Of a stretch of 64,000 nt of DNA, positions 25,700-47,318 are shown piece after piece (within the stretch, counting starts at the first letter, position 1; each line of letters opens with the position of its first letter). The position numbers were made by a program, and so were the translations under genes. The notes below the pieces were generated by a model. The model was not told the origin of the DNA, ran no database searches, and saw nothing but the letters and a program-made list of their open reading frames with translations. Source of the DNA: Octopus sinensis. Lineage: Eukaryota. Location: NCBI RefSeq assembly GCF_006345805.1, contig NC_043005.1, forward strand, positions 70,618,001 to 70,682,000. Direction: 5' to 3'.

Positions 25700-26110
25700 C
25701 CATATTTCTGGCAAGTATCAGAATTTGTTGTCGGAGAATTTCTATGACTTCCTAAACCCTAATTTCTCGCTCCCTAATTTCCCCAGTTTTAATCCCATAG
25801 ATTTCTATGTGTGGAGCATCGTTGAGTAAGTCACCAACCACTCTGCCTGCAACACTAAGGCTGAGCTGGTGACCAAGATCAAAGAGGTGTTTGAAGATCT
25901 TCCCAGGGACACAATAAGGAAAGCGTGAGCCAGGTTTCAAACACATCTTGATGTCAGAAGGGAAGCTGAGGGTGGCTAATTTGAGTAAAGCACTATCACC
26001 CAACCATAACCTAGTTGATACTTTTTGTTGTTTTAAAAATAATTTTATTTTTTGTAGGGATATTGTTTCATTTTCCTTTTATGCAAATTGTCACATTTAA
26101 ACATCCTATA
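25700..26110 (+). mobile_element. Tc1/mariner (maT/DD37D-like) transposase 3' relic
   Basis: PNSPVLNPIDFYVWSIVE..ACNTKAELVTKIKEVFEDLPRD read across frameshifts (SPDLNPxD motif). Confidence 0.75.
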
Positions 26111-26127
26111 TGTAAATATATATAAAT

Positions 26128-26170
<43 letters not shown>

Positions 26171-26553
26171 ACAAGTGTTGGTTTTAAGCCAATATAAGAA
26201 AAGGTATCTATGAAATTATTACTCTTGTTCTTAACAACCATGATATATATGTTTTAGTGCTATGCTTTAAACACTCTAAACTAAGAAATGAAATCAAAGA
26301 CATTATTGAAGTAATTAATATAACGAAACAAACTCCAGTGCTTTGTGTTAAATAACCTTCACCCTGGACCCAAACTGAAGGCATCACCAAAATATTTTAA
26401 ATAATGAAACTTTATTTTGACAAATTCTAAATTTATGCACCAAAAGAGCAAATTTATAAAATGGGGAATTTTCACAAGTTCCACTCATTATCATTATAAA
26501 ATCTTAGAAAAGAATTTATCATTTTGTTGTTGTTGTTATTATTATTATTATTA

Positions 26554-26586
<33 letters not shown>

Positions 26587-26604
26587 GTTATTATTATTAT
26601 TATT

Positions 26605-35006
<8,402 letters not shown>

Positions 35007-35039
35007 GCAGAATTGCTAACAATATTTGTTCCAGTTCTA

Positions 35040-35778
35040 AGGTGATGAGCTTATAGTATTGTTACCATGTTGGACACTAAGCTTAGTGGCATTTCATCAA
35101 TCTTTATATTCTTAGTTCAAATTCCCCCAAGGTCAACTTGGCCTTTCATTTTTGGTGGTTGATAAAACAAGTGCCAATTGAGCACTGGGATTGATGCAAC
35201 TAACTTAATCCCTCCCCCAAAATTGCTGGCTTTGTGCCAAAATTTGAAACTAGTATTTGTTTCAGCTTTGATTTCTTCCCAAGATCAATGTTGCCTTCTA
35301 TCCTTCCAGTGTACATAAAATAAAATACTAGCCATTTATATTCTTTTCCCATCTAGGCATGAGGCTCAAAACTTTTGGGAGGGAGCCAATCAATTAGATC
35401 GACCTCAGTACACAACTGGTACTTAATTTATCGATCCCAACAGGATAAAAGGCAAAGTCGACCTCAGTGGAATTTTAACTCAGAACATACAGACAGACGA
35501 AATACCGTTAAGTATTTTGCCCGGCATGCTAACATTTCTGCCAACTTGCCACCTTAAATATTCTTTTCTACTCAAGGCACAAGGCCTGAAATTTTGAGGA
35601 AAGGGGGCCCAGTTGATTAGATCTACTCCAGTATGCAACTGGTACTTAATTCATTGATCCTGAAGGAATGTAAAGCAAAGACAACCTCAGTAGAATTTAA
35701 ACTCAGAATGTAAAGACAGATGAAATACCGCTGAGCATTTTGCCCAGCATGCTAACATTTCTGCCAGCTTGCTGCCTT
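35040..35778. mobile_element. Cluster of three SINE B copies (35040-35250 +, 35345-35555 -, 35560-35778 -)
   Basis: Nin-like domain and tRNA head in each. Confidence 0.8.
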
Positions 35779-36210
35779 ACTAGTCAACTATATTGCATAA
35801 CATATTGAACAAGAAGCCTCCCAGTATTTGTTCAGGTTCTTGGGAGTCATTATTCTTTGATAATAGATTTATTGCCTGGTTTAACAGCAGCACCTGGTCC
35901 TTAAATACATTTAGTTGCCCCCACTCTTTTGCAAGTATATGTCTCAGGTCTCTGATTTGAAAATCGCTTTCTCTATTTCCTACCAGTTACAGATGGACTG
36001 GACACATAAAAGGCCATAGACTCTGCCCTTCTGATTAAATGTTAACAAAAAAATAAACACACAATTGGGAAAGTTAGAATAACTCAAAACATTTACTATT
36101 AAAAGCCAGCTGTTAGATTAAAGAAATGTGCAGAATAATTTGTTGTAAAAGAACTTAAGGAAAATAGCTTCATTTAGAAACACCTCCCAAAAATCCCTGT
36201 CAAATTTATA

Positions 36211-36540
36211 TAGGAGTAGTTTGCTTCCAAGTCATGTGGTTCCAGGTTCAGTCCCACAGTGTGACACCTTGGGCAAATGGATTTCATTGAAGGAAATGTA
36301 TATATGTGCATGTGTGTGTGTGTGTGTGTGTGTGTGCAGGTGTCTTTGAATCTGTATTTATCCCTCATCATCCCTTCGCAATCAGTGTTGGTTTGTTTAC
36401 ATTCCCTTAACTTAGCAGTTTGGCAAAAGAAACTGATAGAATAAGTACCAGGCATAAAGAAATTGTACTGGGAGCAATTCGCTCAATGAAAACCTCTTCA
36501 AGATGATGCTGCTACATGGCCACTGTCAAGTAAAAGATGA
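36211..36540 (+). mobile_element. Old diverged SINE family A copy
   Basis: ggttcagtcccacagtgtgacaccttgggcaa...taacttagcagtttggcaaaa. Confidence 0.75.
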
Positions 36541-36623
36541 AAGATTAAATAACATATATAATTGTGTGTACATGTGTGTATATATATTATATATACGTAT
36601 ATATATATATACTCTTTTTTTTT

Positions 36624-37027
36624 TTACTCTTTTACTTGTTTCAGTCATTTGACTGCGGCCATGCTGGAGCACCGCCTTTACTCGAGCAAATCGACCCCGG
36701 GACTTATTCTTTGTAAGCCCAGTACTTATTCTATCGGTCCCTTTTGCCGAACCGCTAAGTGACAGGGATGTAAACACACCAGCATCGGTTGTCAAGCAAT
36801 GCTAGGGGGACAAACACAGACACACAAACATATACACACACACTTATATATATATACATATATACGACAGGCTTCTTTCAGTTTCTGTCTACCAAATCCA
36901 CTCACAAGGCATTGGTTGGCCCGGGGCTATAGCAGAAGACACTTGCTCAAGATGCCAAGCTGTGGGACTGAACCCGGAACCATGTGGTTGGTTAGCAAGC
37001 TACTTACCACACAGCCACTCCTGCGCC
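36624..37027 (-). mobile_element. SINE family A, full length
   Basis: Homology to the other copies. Confidence 0.93.
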
Positions 37028-37389
37028 TATATATATATAAAGAATCATTGATATAGAACAAGCGTTAAATTTGGGTCGACTTTATATACAACACCATCTC
37101 TCAAACATTTTATCACATATAAAAATCACCATGGTTTCCAAACACATAAAATAATAGATATACATAAAATCACATGGCAACAATATAAAATCGAATAAAA
37201 TACAAAATAGAACGGCCTATCAAAAAGTTAAATATAAACGGCTAAAAATTTGACCTAAATTTAAAGTTTGTTCTATAACCAATGATTCTTTATCTTCGTC
37301 TCATTTATATTTGAGCACTTCCTTTGCAGTCCTATAAACCCTTTTGTCTCTGTAAAAAGGGAAAAATATTATTTCTTGTAGTATATATA

Positions 37390-37605
37390 TCATCATCATC
37401 ATTTAGCGTCCGCTTTTCATGCCAGCATGGGTTGGACGGTTCAACAGGGGTCTGGGAAGCCAGAAGGATGCACCAAGCCCAGTCTGATCTGGCAATGTTT
37501 CTACAGCTGCATGCCCTTCCTAACGCCAACCACTCCGTGAGTGTAGTGGGTGCTTTTTACGTGCCACTGGGGGCCAGATATATAGATCTTTATATATTTT
37601 ATATA

Positions 37606-37655
<50 letters not shown>

Positions 37656-38050
37656 GTATAATGCCGGTGGCACATAAAAAGCACAATTCGAGCGTGATCG
37701 TTACCAGTGTTGCCTTCCTGGCACTTGTGCTGGTAGTGCTTGAAAAAACATTCAAGCTAGGTTGTTGCCAGTGCCACTGGACTGGCTCCTGTGCAGGTGG
37801 CACATAAAAAAACACCATTTGAGGATGGCTGTTGCCAGTACCACCTGACTGGCCCTCGTGCCAGTGGCACGTAAAGCAACCATTACTCTTTCGGCATGGT
37901 TGGTGTTAAGAAGGGCATTCAGCTGTAGAAACTCTGCCAGATCAGATTGGAGCCTGGTGCAGCCATCTGATTCGCCAGTCCTCAGTCAAATCGTCCAACC
38001 CATGCTAGCATGAATAGCGAATGTTAAACGATGATGATGACGATGATGAT
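37390..38050. mobile_element. Two RTE LINE 3' UTR fragments in opposite orientation (37390-37570 -, 37662-38050 +)
   Basis: (CAT)n/(GAT)n tails at the outer ends; match to the 3' UTR at 53824-54060. Confidence 0.85.
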
Positions 38051-38339
38051 ATTATATATATGTTTATATATATATTTAACATATATTTTGTATTCAGTTC
38101 CCCAGTGCTTTCACTCTGTTGATGAAGCCCACCTAGATAAGAGCAGTGGATGAACTGCATTGATATTCTTTTATTGTTATTGTTGTTTGGTCCCATGTCA
38201 ATCTTGACTGAGTAGATCTATGACCGAAGGTTTTCTGACCATGATTGACTTTTTCTTACTTCAGATATTTAGGAGCACTTTATGTAAGGTATATTTCCAT
38301 TTTTAAGTTGTTAGGTTAGATTTTGTGCCAATTTCTTCA

Positions 38340-38815
38340 TTTCTTTATTGCCCACAAGGGGCTAAACATAGAGGGGACAAACAAGGATAGACAAAGGGAT
38401 TAAGTCGATTACATCAATCCCAGTGTGTAACTGGTATTTAATTCTTTGACCCCGAAATTATGAAAGGTAAAGTCGACCTCAGTGGAATTTGAATTCAGAA
38501 CATAGCAGATGAAATACCTATTTCTTTACTACCCACAAGGGGCTACACACAGAGGGGACAAACAAGGACAGACAAAAGGATTAAGTCGATGACATCGACC
38601 TCAGTCCTAAATTGCTTCATGCTACAACTAAATATGTTTATACAAACGAATTATATTTTCTAATTTGTTATAAGATATTAATCTTAATTTATCGACCCCA
38701 AAAGTATGAAAGGCAAAGTCAACCTCAGTGGAATTTGAACTCAGAACATAATGGCAGATGAAATACCACTAAGCATTTTGCCCGGCATGATAACATTTCT
38801 ACCAGCTCGCTGCCT
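38340..38815 (-). mobile_element. Tandem SINE B copies, the second carrying a foreign ~78-bp insert
   Basis: Repeated tttctttattgcccacaagggg tails; insert at 38602-38679. Confidence 0.88.
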
Positions 38816-39901
38816 TTTGTGGCAATTTCTATATCCTTACAAAGTACAGAAGAATCTTCTCTCTCCTTACCTTTTTATTAATTTGCAGTGCAGTATCCTT
38901 TTATTAGTTTGCTAAACTGTGTTCAAATTCCTTGAGTCCAGAGAAGGCAAACATGAATGCCTTCCATTACTTAGTCTCATACCAGCACAAGCCTCTGTAC
39001 ATCACACCTCAGTATTAAACAGTGAATTTGATCCATTGACGTTGATGTGGTGAGGTGTGACAAACAATCTTTTTAACATTAACTATATTGCATAGATACA
39101 ATCATTCACTACATGAGAAATATATATAAGTTATGATTATATGAGATTCCACATAATGATAACAAAATCCAAGCCAACCAACTCTCCATTACGCTTTGTA
39201 TTGATCGAATCTCCATAAATAAAGGAATTATATATTTTCCTTCAATCTTTAAAAGTATAGGAAAAGAAAATATTAGAATGACATCCATTTCTTAACATCT
39301 GATAATAATAGAAAATAAATTAACAAGGTAGTTCATACCTCGAGAATGAGTGCTGGCTCTTGAAAAGAAAAAAATATCTAAGATATAAAATCTTGTTGTC
39401 TAGCTTCTGGCTATTTTTCTCAATATTTGGTTTCTAAATCAGTATCTAATCTTATTTGAAACCCTATAAATAATAATTGCAAGGATTATGATCCAGTAAT
39501 GTGGAGTTGGTAAAATAGCCAGCTGAAAGCTATGAAACAGAAATTTATAAAATGAAAATATAATACACCATTGTGAATTTCTTCTACAATACATGATGAG
39601 GATAATCTAGTATAGTTAGTCAAAAGTATTTATTATATCTTCTACACAAATCAAGTCTTCAAATGCCTATAAAGGTTAAAAATTAAAATCCCGGATCAAG
39701 TGAAACTATGGAGGGTGTGAATGGCAAGAAAAGTAATGATAAATCCAAGAGCGTCTGCTATTAATAAATTTTGCTGCTGAGAAGAATGGTAAAGCATGTA
39801 TGAGTAGAGGGTGCTTTTGGTTACAACTGAGTGTAGTGTTCAAGCAGAAGTGAAAAAGAAGTGAATTCACACTTCAATAAAAGCAGAAATTATAATTACT
39901 T

Positions 39902-40171
39902 TGTTGTGTCTGGGGAGAGTCATTTTCTTTTTGTGCCTTATAATGTAATACACTCACAGGTAAAATTTCCAATTATTTCTTATTTATATTTTCCGAAAAT
40001 TTTCGTTGTGTCTTGCAACCTTTTCAATAAATAACTCAGTCCGTTATTTACACTGCAGTGTAAATAACGAAAATTTTAGGAAAATAAAAATAAGAAATAA
40101 GTGAAAATTTTACCTGTGAGTGTGTTACATTATAAGGCACAAAAAGAAAATGACTCTCCCCAGACACAACA
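39902..40171. repeat. Long inverted repeat (~105 bp arms) with a 28-bp perfect palindrome in the spacer
   Basis: tgttgtgtctggggagagtcattttc... vs ...gaaaatgactctccccagacacaaca; cgttatttacactgcagtgtaaataacg at 40042-40069. Confidence 0.92.
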
Positions 40172-40389
40172 TAATATGCTTCAACACACGAACTCATACA
40201 AAGAATCTTGCAAACCAAATCCAAAAACGAAATATAATTACTTTTATTTGCCACAAGGGTGTCAATGAAGGAGATGTTAAAAAGACAGTTTACAATTTCG
40301 TGGGTGACTTACATAAAAGGAAGAGGACAGGAAGGAGAGATTAAAAAGTGTACTTGTTATGACTGAACACTACATTGGTTACAATGATA

Positions 40390-40890
40390 AGCGTTCTAGT
40401 TGATTCAATCAACAGAACAACCTGCTCATGAAATTAACGTGCAAGTAGTTGAGTACTCCACAGATATTCATACACTTAATACAGGATAGAAGAATATTGA
40501 GCTTTATTTGATAACCAGTTGATCTAGCAAGCAGGACCTCATATTAGTGAGGGGGGCTGGTGCGCATTGATGCTGTCGAGAGGTAGGCCCCGAAACGGCT
40601 CGCATTCTCTCCTGATGACCCCATACACTTGCTGGCTTCTGGTATGCGGAGTTTTTGACTGGTAGCACTTACATGTTCAATTTGTTCGCAAGACATCTCT
40701 GGGGAATTTAGCATAAAACAGAATGTGGCAAGACTGTCCTTTTGAAATACAAGCACAAAATATTTTTGCTTGTTGAGTAGACTAGGACAATGTGAAATAA
40801 AGTGTCTTGCTCAAGGACACAACACATTACTAGAAACTGAACTCACGACCTTATGAACATGAGCCGAATACACTTATTAATAAGTTATGT
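40390..40890 (-). mobile_element. Old SINE D head with a type-1 tail, interrupted by a ~200 bp insert
   Basis: cctgctcatgaaattaacgtgcaag (tail) and gtgtcttgctcaaggacacaac (body). Confidence 0.6.
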
Positions 40891-40904
40891 GATTTCATTG
40901 TACT

Positions 40905-41315
40905 CACTCTTTTACTTTTTTACTTGTTTCAGTCATTTGACTGCAGCCATGCTGGAGCACCACCTTTAGTTGAGTAAATCGACCCCAGCATTTATTCTTT
41001 GTAAGCCTAGTACTTATTCTATTAGTCTCTTTTGCTGAACCACTATGTGACAGGGAGAGGAACACACCAGCATCTGTTGTCAAGTGATGTTGGTGGGGGG
41101 GGGGAAACACAGACACACAAACACACACACATATATATACACATACATATATATGACGGGATTTTTTCAGTTCCTGTCTGCCAAATCCACTCACAAGACT
41201 TTGGTCAGCCCAAGGCTATAGTAGCAGACACTTGCCCAAGGTGCCACACATTGGGACTGAACTCAGAACCATGAGGTTGGTAAGCAAGTTACTTACCATA
41301 CAGCCACTCCTATGC
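40905..41315 (-). mobile_element. SINE family A, full length
   Basis: Homology to the other copies. Confidence 0.92.
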
Positions 41316-42531
41316 TTATTCTTAGTATACAAAGTATTTGAACACATGAATGATGAATTCCTCTTGACATAGAAGTTCCTCAATCTAGGGCTAATTACAA
41401 AACTCCTCACTTTCAGGAGCATCCTGTCCATTGCCTATCTACAAACACATGCTTGGAGTAGTTCCATTCACCCAGACCATTTTTGCTACAGTCGCCCATC
41501 TTTTGATAATTTCATTTGAGTAGAGCTCTTCCCTCCCAGCCCTTACTTTCCTTTCCATGTAGAACTAGAAACGTCTATGAGGGCTTTCTGTAAAAAAACA
41601 TTTACAGATTTAAATCAAATACGTTTTGCAATTTAGCAAAAGCCCAAATTTTTATGATTTATTAATTCGTTTATAAATTCGCTGTGTGGTTCACTCTAAA
41701 GTTAGGATCATTTGTTTATTGTTAAAACCTATGTCGAGAGATGACATCACTAAGAAAATATATTTACTTACGGCACTCAAAGAGACGCTCCACCAGCTAC
41801 ATTGAATCCGTGCATAAAGGTCAAAATTGTAATCATTCATCAGAGATTGGCAGTCAAATATTATTTCATTAAATTTAGTTGACAGTCCTAAATTGCTTCA
41901 TGCTACAACTAAATATGTTTCCACGTACGAATTATATTTTCTAATTTGTTATAAGATATTGTAAGATGTTGTAATCTGTTGCAAGATATTGTAAGATATT
42001 GGCCAAGGTTAAAAAACAGCCAATTAATTATACTGACAGAAAATGGTTTTCTAAAAGGCAATAAAATGGAATTTGATATTTTAAGGGTGGATTTTATATG
42101 GTTACTCTGACACTGAAAGATAATTGGATATGGAGTTATTGTTGCTGAAGTAATTTTTCTTTATCCTCCATCGTGGATCATAATAGACTTTTGTTTTCCT
42201 TACTTTGATGGATAAAATACTGTTGTTGTTGTTGGTGGTGGTGGTGGTGGTGGTGTCGTTGTTGTTGTTGCTGCTGCTGCTGCCACTTTTGTTTAGTTCT
42301 TATTGCTTTGTTAATGTTATTATGGTTGTTAATGATGATGTTTTGCATATTGTTGCTATATAACCCTAAGTTAGCCCTGACTGAGTAGAGTTAGCATCAA
42401 ATGCATTCTGCCATTCACCATCATATTACTATCATCATCATCATCATTATTATGATGATGATGGTCATTATCATCATCATCATCATTATTATTACTACTA
42501 CTACTACTATTATTATCTTTATTATTATTAC

Positions 42532-42565
<34 letters not shown>

Positions 42566-43187
42566 TGCACATACATACATGCATATACATGCACACACAC
42601 ATATACATATGCATACACTATCTACATACACATACATACGCACACACATGCACCTGCACATACATACATACATACATACATACATACATAAGTGGGTGTA
42701 CAGCCATACAAACATATATTCCTATATATATTTTTTATTATACATACACTCATGCATGCACACACACACAGATTCAGTTATACACTATACACACATACCT
42801 GCATATATGCACATATATACAGTACATAAAAGTGTGTATATTCATATGTAGTTTTCATTATTCAGGCAGTGTTTAGTTGGTGTCTTTCTGTGGATTGTTG
42901 AAATGGTAGTTCCGGTGGTTTTAGTATTATTTTTTGTTCAGTTTTAGTTGGTATTTTCGAATTAAGAATTCTTATTTAGTCTTTCGAAAATGCTTATTTT
43001 CTGTCTATAATTTGAAGAAAAGGAATATTTTAAATTTTTCTTTTCCTACATTTTCCGAAGCGTGTATACTTCTAAGAAAAAACTTTTGCTATTTAAGTAA
43101 CCAATAAAGCATACATTTTTCTGTTTGAAAACGGCTACTTGAGACTCAAAACTCATATCTCTACTCCTTCTTTCAAATATATATATA

Positions 43188-43232
<45 letters not shown>

Positions 43233-43269
43233 TGTGTGTGTGGATGTGTGTGTGTGCTTCAAATGTACA

Positions 43270-43385
43270 GAAGACAAGAGACAAAGACAGATGTGAGAAC
43301 TGCAAGTAAGTATATTAGTTTGTTCCCTCGAAAAATGGGAAGTCTTTGATATTTCAAGCCTACACTCTTTGACAGAAAGAGATGT
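43270..43385 (-). mobile_element. PLE-derived short repeat with an eroded hammerhead; same family as 56860-57018
   Basis: Minus strand: ctttctgtcaaagagtgtaggcttgaaatatcaaagact. Confidence 0.6.
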
Positions 43386-43544
43386 GGGTTAAAAAACGTT
43401 GGGATTTTATATACAAATATATATGTATGCCTAATTGAAATAATTTATATATATGTGTATATAATAATAATAATATTAGGGAATATGATTCCAAACTTAT
43501 AAGGAAAAATTCAGTTTACTAATACTAAATCAAATTTCACAAGT

Positions 43545-43700
43545 ATATAAATTAGAGAAGAACCACCATGTAGCAAGTCAACAATGTACTTTATTTAGTT
43601 CTAGGGAAATGTTTTATCATATATTTAATTTTTTCTATATGGTATGATTTAATAATATCATTGTTAAATTGCTACATGGTGGTTCTTCTCTAATTTATAT
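43545..43700. repeat. Inverted repeat, 32 bp perfect arms
   Basis: atataaattagagaagaaccaccatgtagcaa (43545-43576) / ttgctacatggtggttcttctctaatttatat (43669-43700). Confidence 0.92.
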
Positions 43701-43877
43701 GCATATATATGTATATATATAGGTATGTGAGGTAATGGTGTCAAGAAGATCCAAAGGTGTCAGGTAATGCTGAGTAAGTTCTATGGACAGACTATAGTTA
43801 AGCTCCAGGTTTGGTGATTATGCGAATAAGGAGTCCAACATAGGTCATGTATATATACATAATTAGTGACGTAAGCA

Positions 43878-44545
43878 ATCATCATCATCATCATCGTTTA
43901 ACGTCCGTTTTCCATGCTGGCATGGATTGGACAGTTTGCCTGAAGTTTGGAAAGTCAGTGCCTGGACCAGGCTCCAATGTTTCTATAGCTGGACGCCCTT
44001 CCTAATGACAACCACTCCAAGTGTGTAGTTGGTGCATTTTACGTCCCACCAGCACAGGAGGCAGTCAGGCAGGCCTGGCAATTATCACGTTCAGGTGGTG
44101 CCTTTTTATGTGCCACCAGCACAGGAGCCAGTCAGGGGGTACTGGCATCGGTCACAATCGGTTGGTGCTTATTATGTGCCTCCAGCATGGGAGCCAGTCA
44201 GGCGGACCTGGCAGCAATCATGTTCAGATGGTGCTTTTTCCATGCTACCAGCATGGGAGCCAAGCAAGGGCACCAGCAACAGCTATGATATTGGTTTTAC
44301 TAGACTCAACAGATCTTCTCAATCTTATCATATCGCCCAACACATCAGGGTATTCTTAACAGGGTTACACATGCATAGCTGCGATCTCACTTTAGTTGCC
44401 GAGTCTTCTCAATCACAGCATATCTACAAAGGTCCTGGTCTCCTGTCATTGCCTCTGTAAGGCCCAATGTTCGAAGGTCATGCTTCACCACCTCATCCCA
44501 TGTCTTCCTGGGTCTACATCTTCCACAGGTTCCTCCTACAGTTAG
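43878..44545 (-). mobile_element. RTE LINE 3' end (ORF terminus plus UTR), 5'-truncated
   Basis: (CAT)n tail; GTCGRCRPRKTWDEVVKHDLRTLGLTE on the minus strand. Confidence 0.9.
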
Positions 44546-44842
44546 TATAATCAAGACACATAACAATCTGGTATGTTGATTTTTTTGTTCATTTTTATGT
44601 CTTGATTATGCTTGCACTGGCGATGAAAAAGTGCATTTTGTGCACTAATTATGAAATCATATAATCTACAACTAAATCTGTATTTAAAAAGCTTGCTTCG
44701 AGAGTTGCATTCCCTCGCATTCGGTACAATGTGTTTATTATGGTAGTTTTGACTTTAAGAGTCCCTCCTAGCATGAGGCATTTATGTATAGTAATGCCCT
44801 TAGTAGAAATATATATGCGTGTGTGTGTGTGTATGTGTGTGC

Positions 44843-44879
<37 letters not shown>

Positions 44880-45097
44880 TATTCAAAATGTGACCGCGTG
44901 TGTACTGTTGGCGATTTTTTTCACTCCGTCTTCCCTTCTTTGGATCTTTCCTTTTCCTATGTTTCTGACGAAGAGCTCCACTCGAAATGTTAAACCCTCC
45001 TTCTTTTTTTCCTTTCCTGAGCGTCCAATAATGTTATACTTGTTCCATGTCCTCGCGCTGTTGTGTTTTCTCTTTGTGTTTTCATGTTTGGATTAAC
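44880..45097 (+). mobile_element. PLE-derived short repeat with a minimal hammerhead (44961-44995)
   Basis: gttt-CTGACGA-a-gagc(tcc)actc-GAAA-tgtt-aaac; second copy at 55168-55372 (minus). Confidence 0.75.
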
Positions 45098-45131
45098 CAT
45101 ATGGAGAGAGAGAAATGAAAAGAGAGTGAGA

Positions 45132-45158
45132 AATAGATAGATTGATAGATAGACAGAC

Positions 45159-45215
<57 letters not shown>

Positions 45216-45353
45216 CTAGATAGATAGATAGATAGACAGACAGATAGATAGATAGATAGACAGATAGATAGACAGGTAGACAGATAGACGGATAGATAGA
45301 CAGATAGATAGATAGATAGATAGATAGACAGATAGATAGATAGATAGATAGAC

Positions 45354-45400
<47 letters not shown>

Positions 45401-45419
45401 CAGATAGATAGATAGATAG

Positions 45420-45474
<55 letters not shown>

Positions 45475-45483
45475 CAGATAGAC

Positions 45484-45526
<43 letters not shown>

Positions 45527-45536
45527 GATAGACAGA
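45132..45536. repeat. (GATA)n/(GACA)n microsatellite
   Basis: Direct reading. Confidence 0.97.
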
Positions 45537-46395
45537 TACAATATTACGTGTGCATACACTTAAAAAAAATTTTCCATCATATTTTTGGCCTTTCTAGCTT
45601 TTCTAAGGGTTGGAATTCTTTATCTAAATAATATCCAATGATGAAGGCTAGCAAAGATAACGCTGCACTATAAACAACAAATTGAAGCATTGTATTTATT
45701 GCTTCCTGAATAAAACTGTGATCATAAAGAGATTGCATTTAACTAAACGCTTGAATGCTTATCATAATACTACTCCCATATCCAGTTAGTTTATGATAGC
45801 ATTTCTATGATCAATTACTATATCTATGTATTCATAAAAATATAGGGAACAAACGAGGGAAGCTGCATACATGCATAGACACATACACATACACATATAC
45901 AAATACGTGTACTTAGATGCATGCATACATGCATACACATATTTGTGCAGGTATATTCTACATTCTATATGTTGTTGTTGTGTCCATTTGCATACATGTA
46001 TGTATCTTTAGCTATCTGTAAATGCATCTATGCATGTAGATGTATATATGCTAAATTTTGCATAGCTGCGCTCACAGATTTTTTAAAACACTCGTGTGTA
46101 GTGTGTATATAATCAGAAACAAAAAATCACATAAGCAAACACATCCATCGACAGTCGTAAATATACTCGTAACTAAACAAAGAATTATGTAAACCCATGT
46201 ATAGATGCGTAAATATGCCTAGAAGTAAATATGAATATAGCTCGAAGCTCATAAACATATACGTAAGTAAATACAGAAGAATGAAGATATAAGGGAGCAT
46301 TTGAATACAGAGATAAATAGATAGGTAAAATACAGTCATTGGTAAAGTGAGATATAATACTTTCACTTACATACAGGATTATATATATATATATA

Positions 46396-46575
46396 GGCGC
46401 AGGAGTGGCTGTGTGGTAAGTAGCTTGCTTACCAACCACATGGTTCCAGGTTCAGTCCCACTGCGTGGCACCTTGGGCAAGTGTCTTCTACTATAGCCTT
46501 GGGCCGACCAAATCCTTGTGAGTGTATTTGGTAGACAGAAACTGAAAGAAGCCCATCTTATATAAATGTATATAT

Positions 46576-46611
<36 letters not shown>

Positions 46612-46860
46612 ATATATATATATAGCGGTGCCCCAGCATGGCCACAGCTCGTGAGCTGAAACTAGAATCAATCAATCATATATATATGCTGGTGTGTTTA
46701 TGTCCCCTTAACTTAGCAGTTCGGCAAAAGGTACTGATAGAATTAGTACTAGGCTTACAAAAAATAAGTCCTGGGGTTGACTGCTGCTGAACTAAAGGCG
46801 GTGCTCCAGTATGGCCACAGTCAAATCACTGAAACAAGTAAAAGTGTAATAGAAAAAAGA
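46396..46860 (+). mobile_element. SINE family A with a short foreign tail inserted at 46625-46678
   Basis: Near-consensus head ggcgcaggagtggctgtgtggtaag. Confidence 0.92.
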
Positions 46861-46862
46861 GA

Positions 46863-46910
<48 letters not shown>

Positions 46911-47318
46911 GAGAGAGAGAGAGAGATAGATAGATAGATAGACAGATAGATATACACATACAGATACACAAACACACACAACTTAATGCGCGTGCGCACG
47001 CATGCACGCACACACACAAAGGTATGCTTCTGCCCACATGCTAACTTCAAGTTAACATTTTACAATGACATGGACTTTGATATACACAGTATTAAAACAT
47101 GGAAGCCAAAATACGTGAAACCAAGTGTGTAACAAACAGACATGGTTGAGAATCTCTGACATTGAAGGATCTTGTTTCACAGAAGGCATTTATCATTTCT
47201 GTTAATCATGACACATTCAAAGGCTGCATGAAGTGATGTTAAGAGTTTGGCCATATTTGTTTCATTTTAATTGGAAGCAGTCTGTATCACAAGGAATGTG
47301 GACATACTCACTTATACA

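Noticed and set aside
38115-38165. Hammerhead-like traces here and at ~40545-40605, ~61240-61280 and ~7215-7265
   Set aside because: Three or more core or stem defects each; not distinguishable from chance by eye
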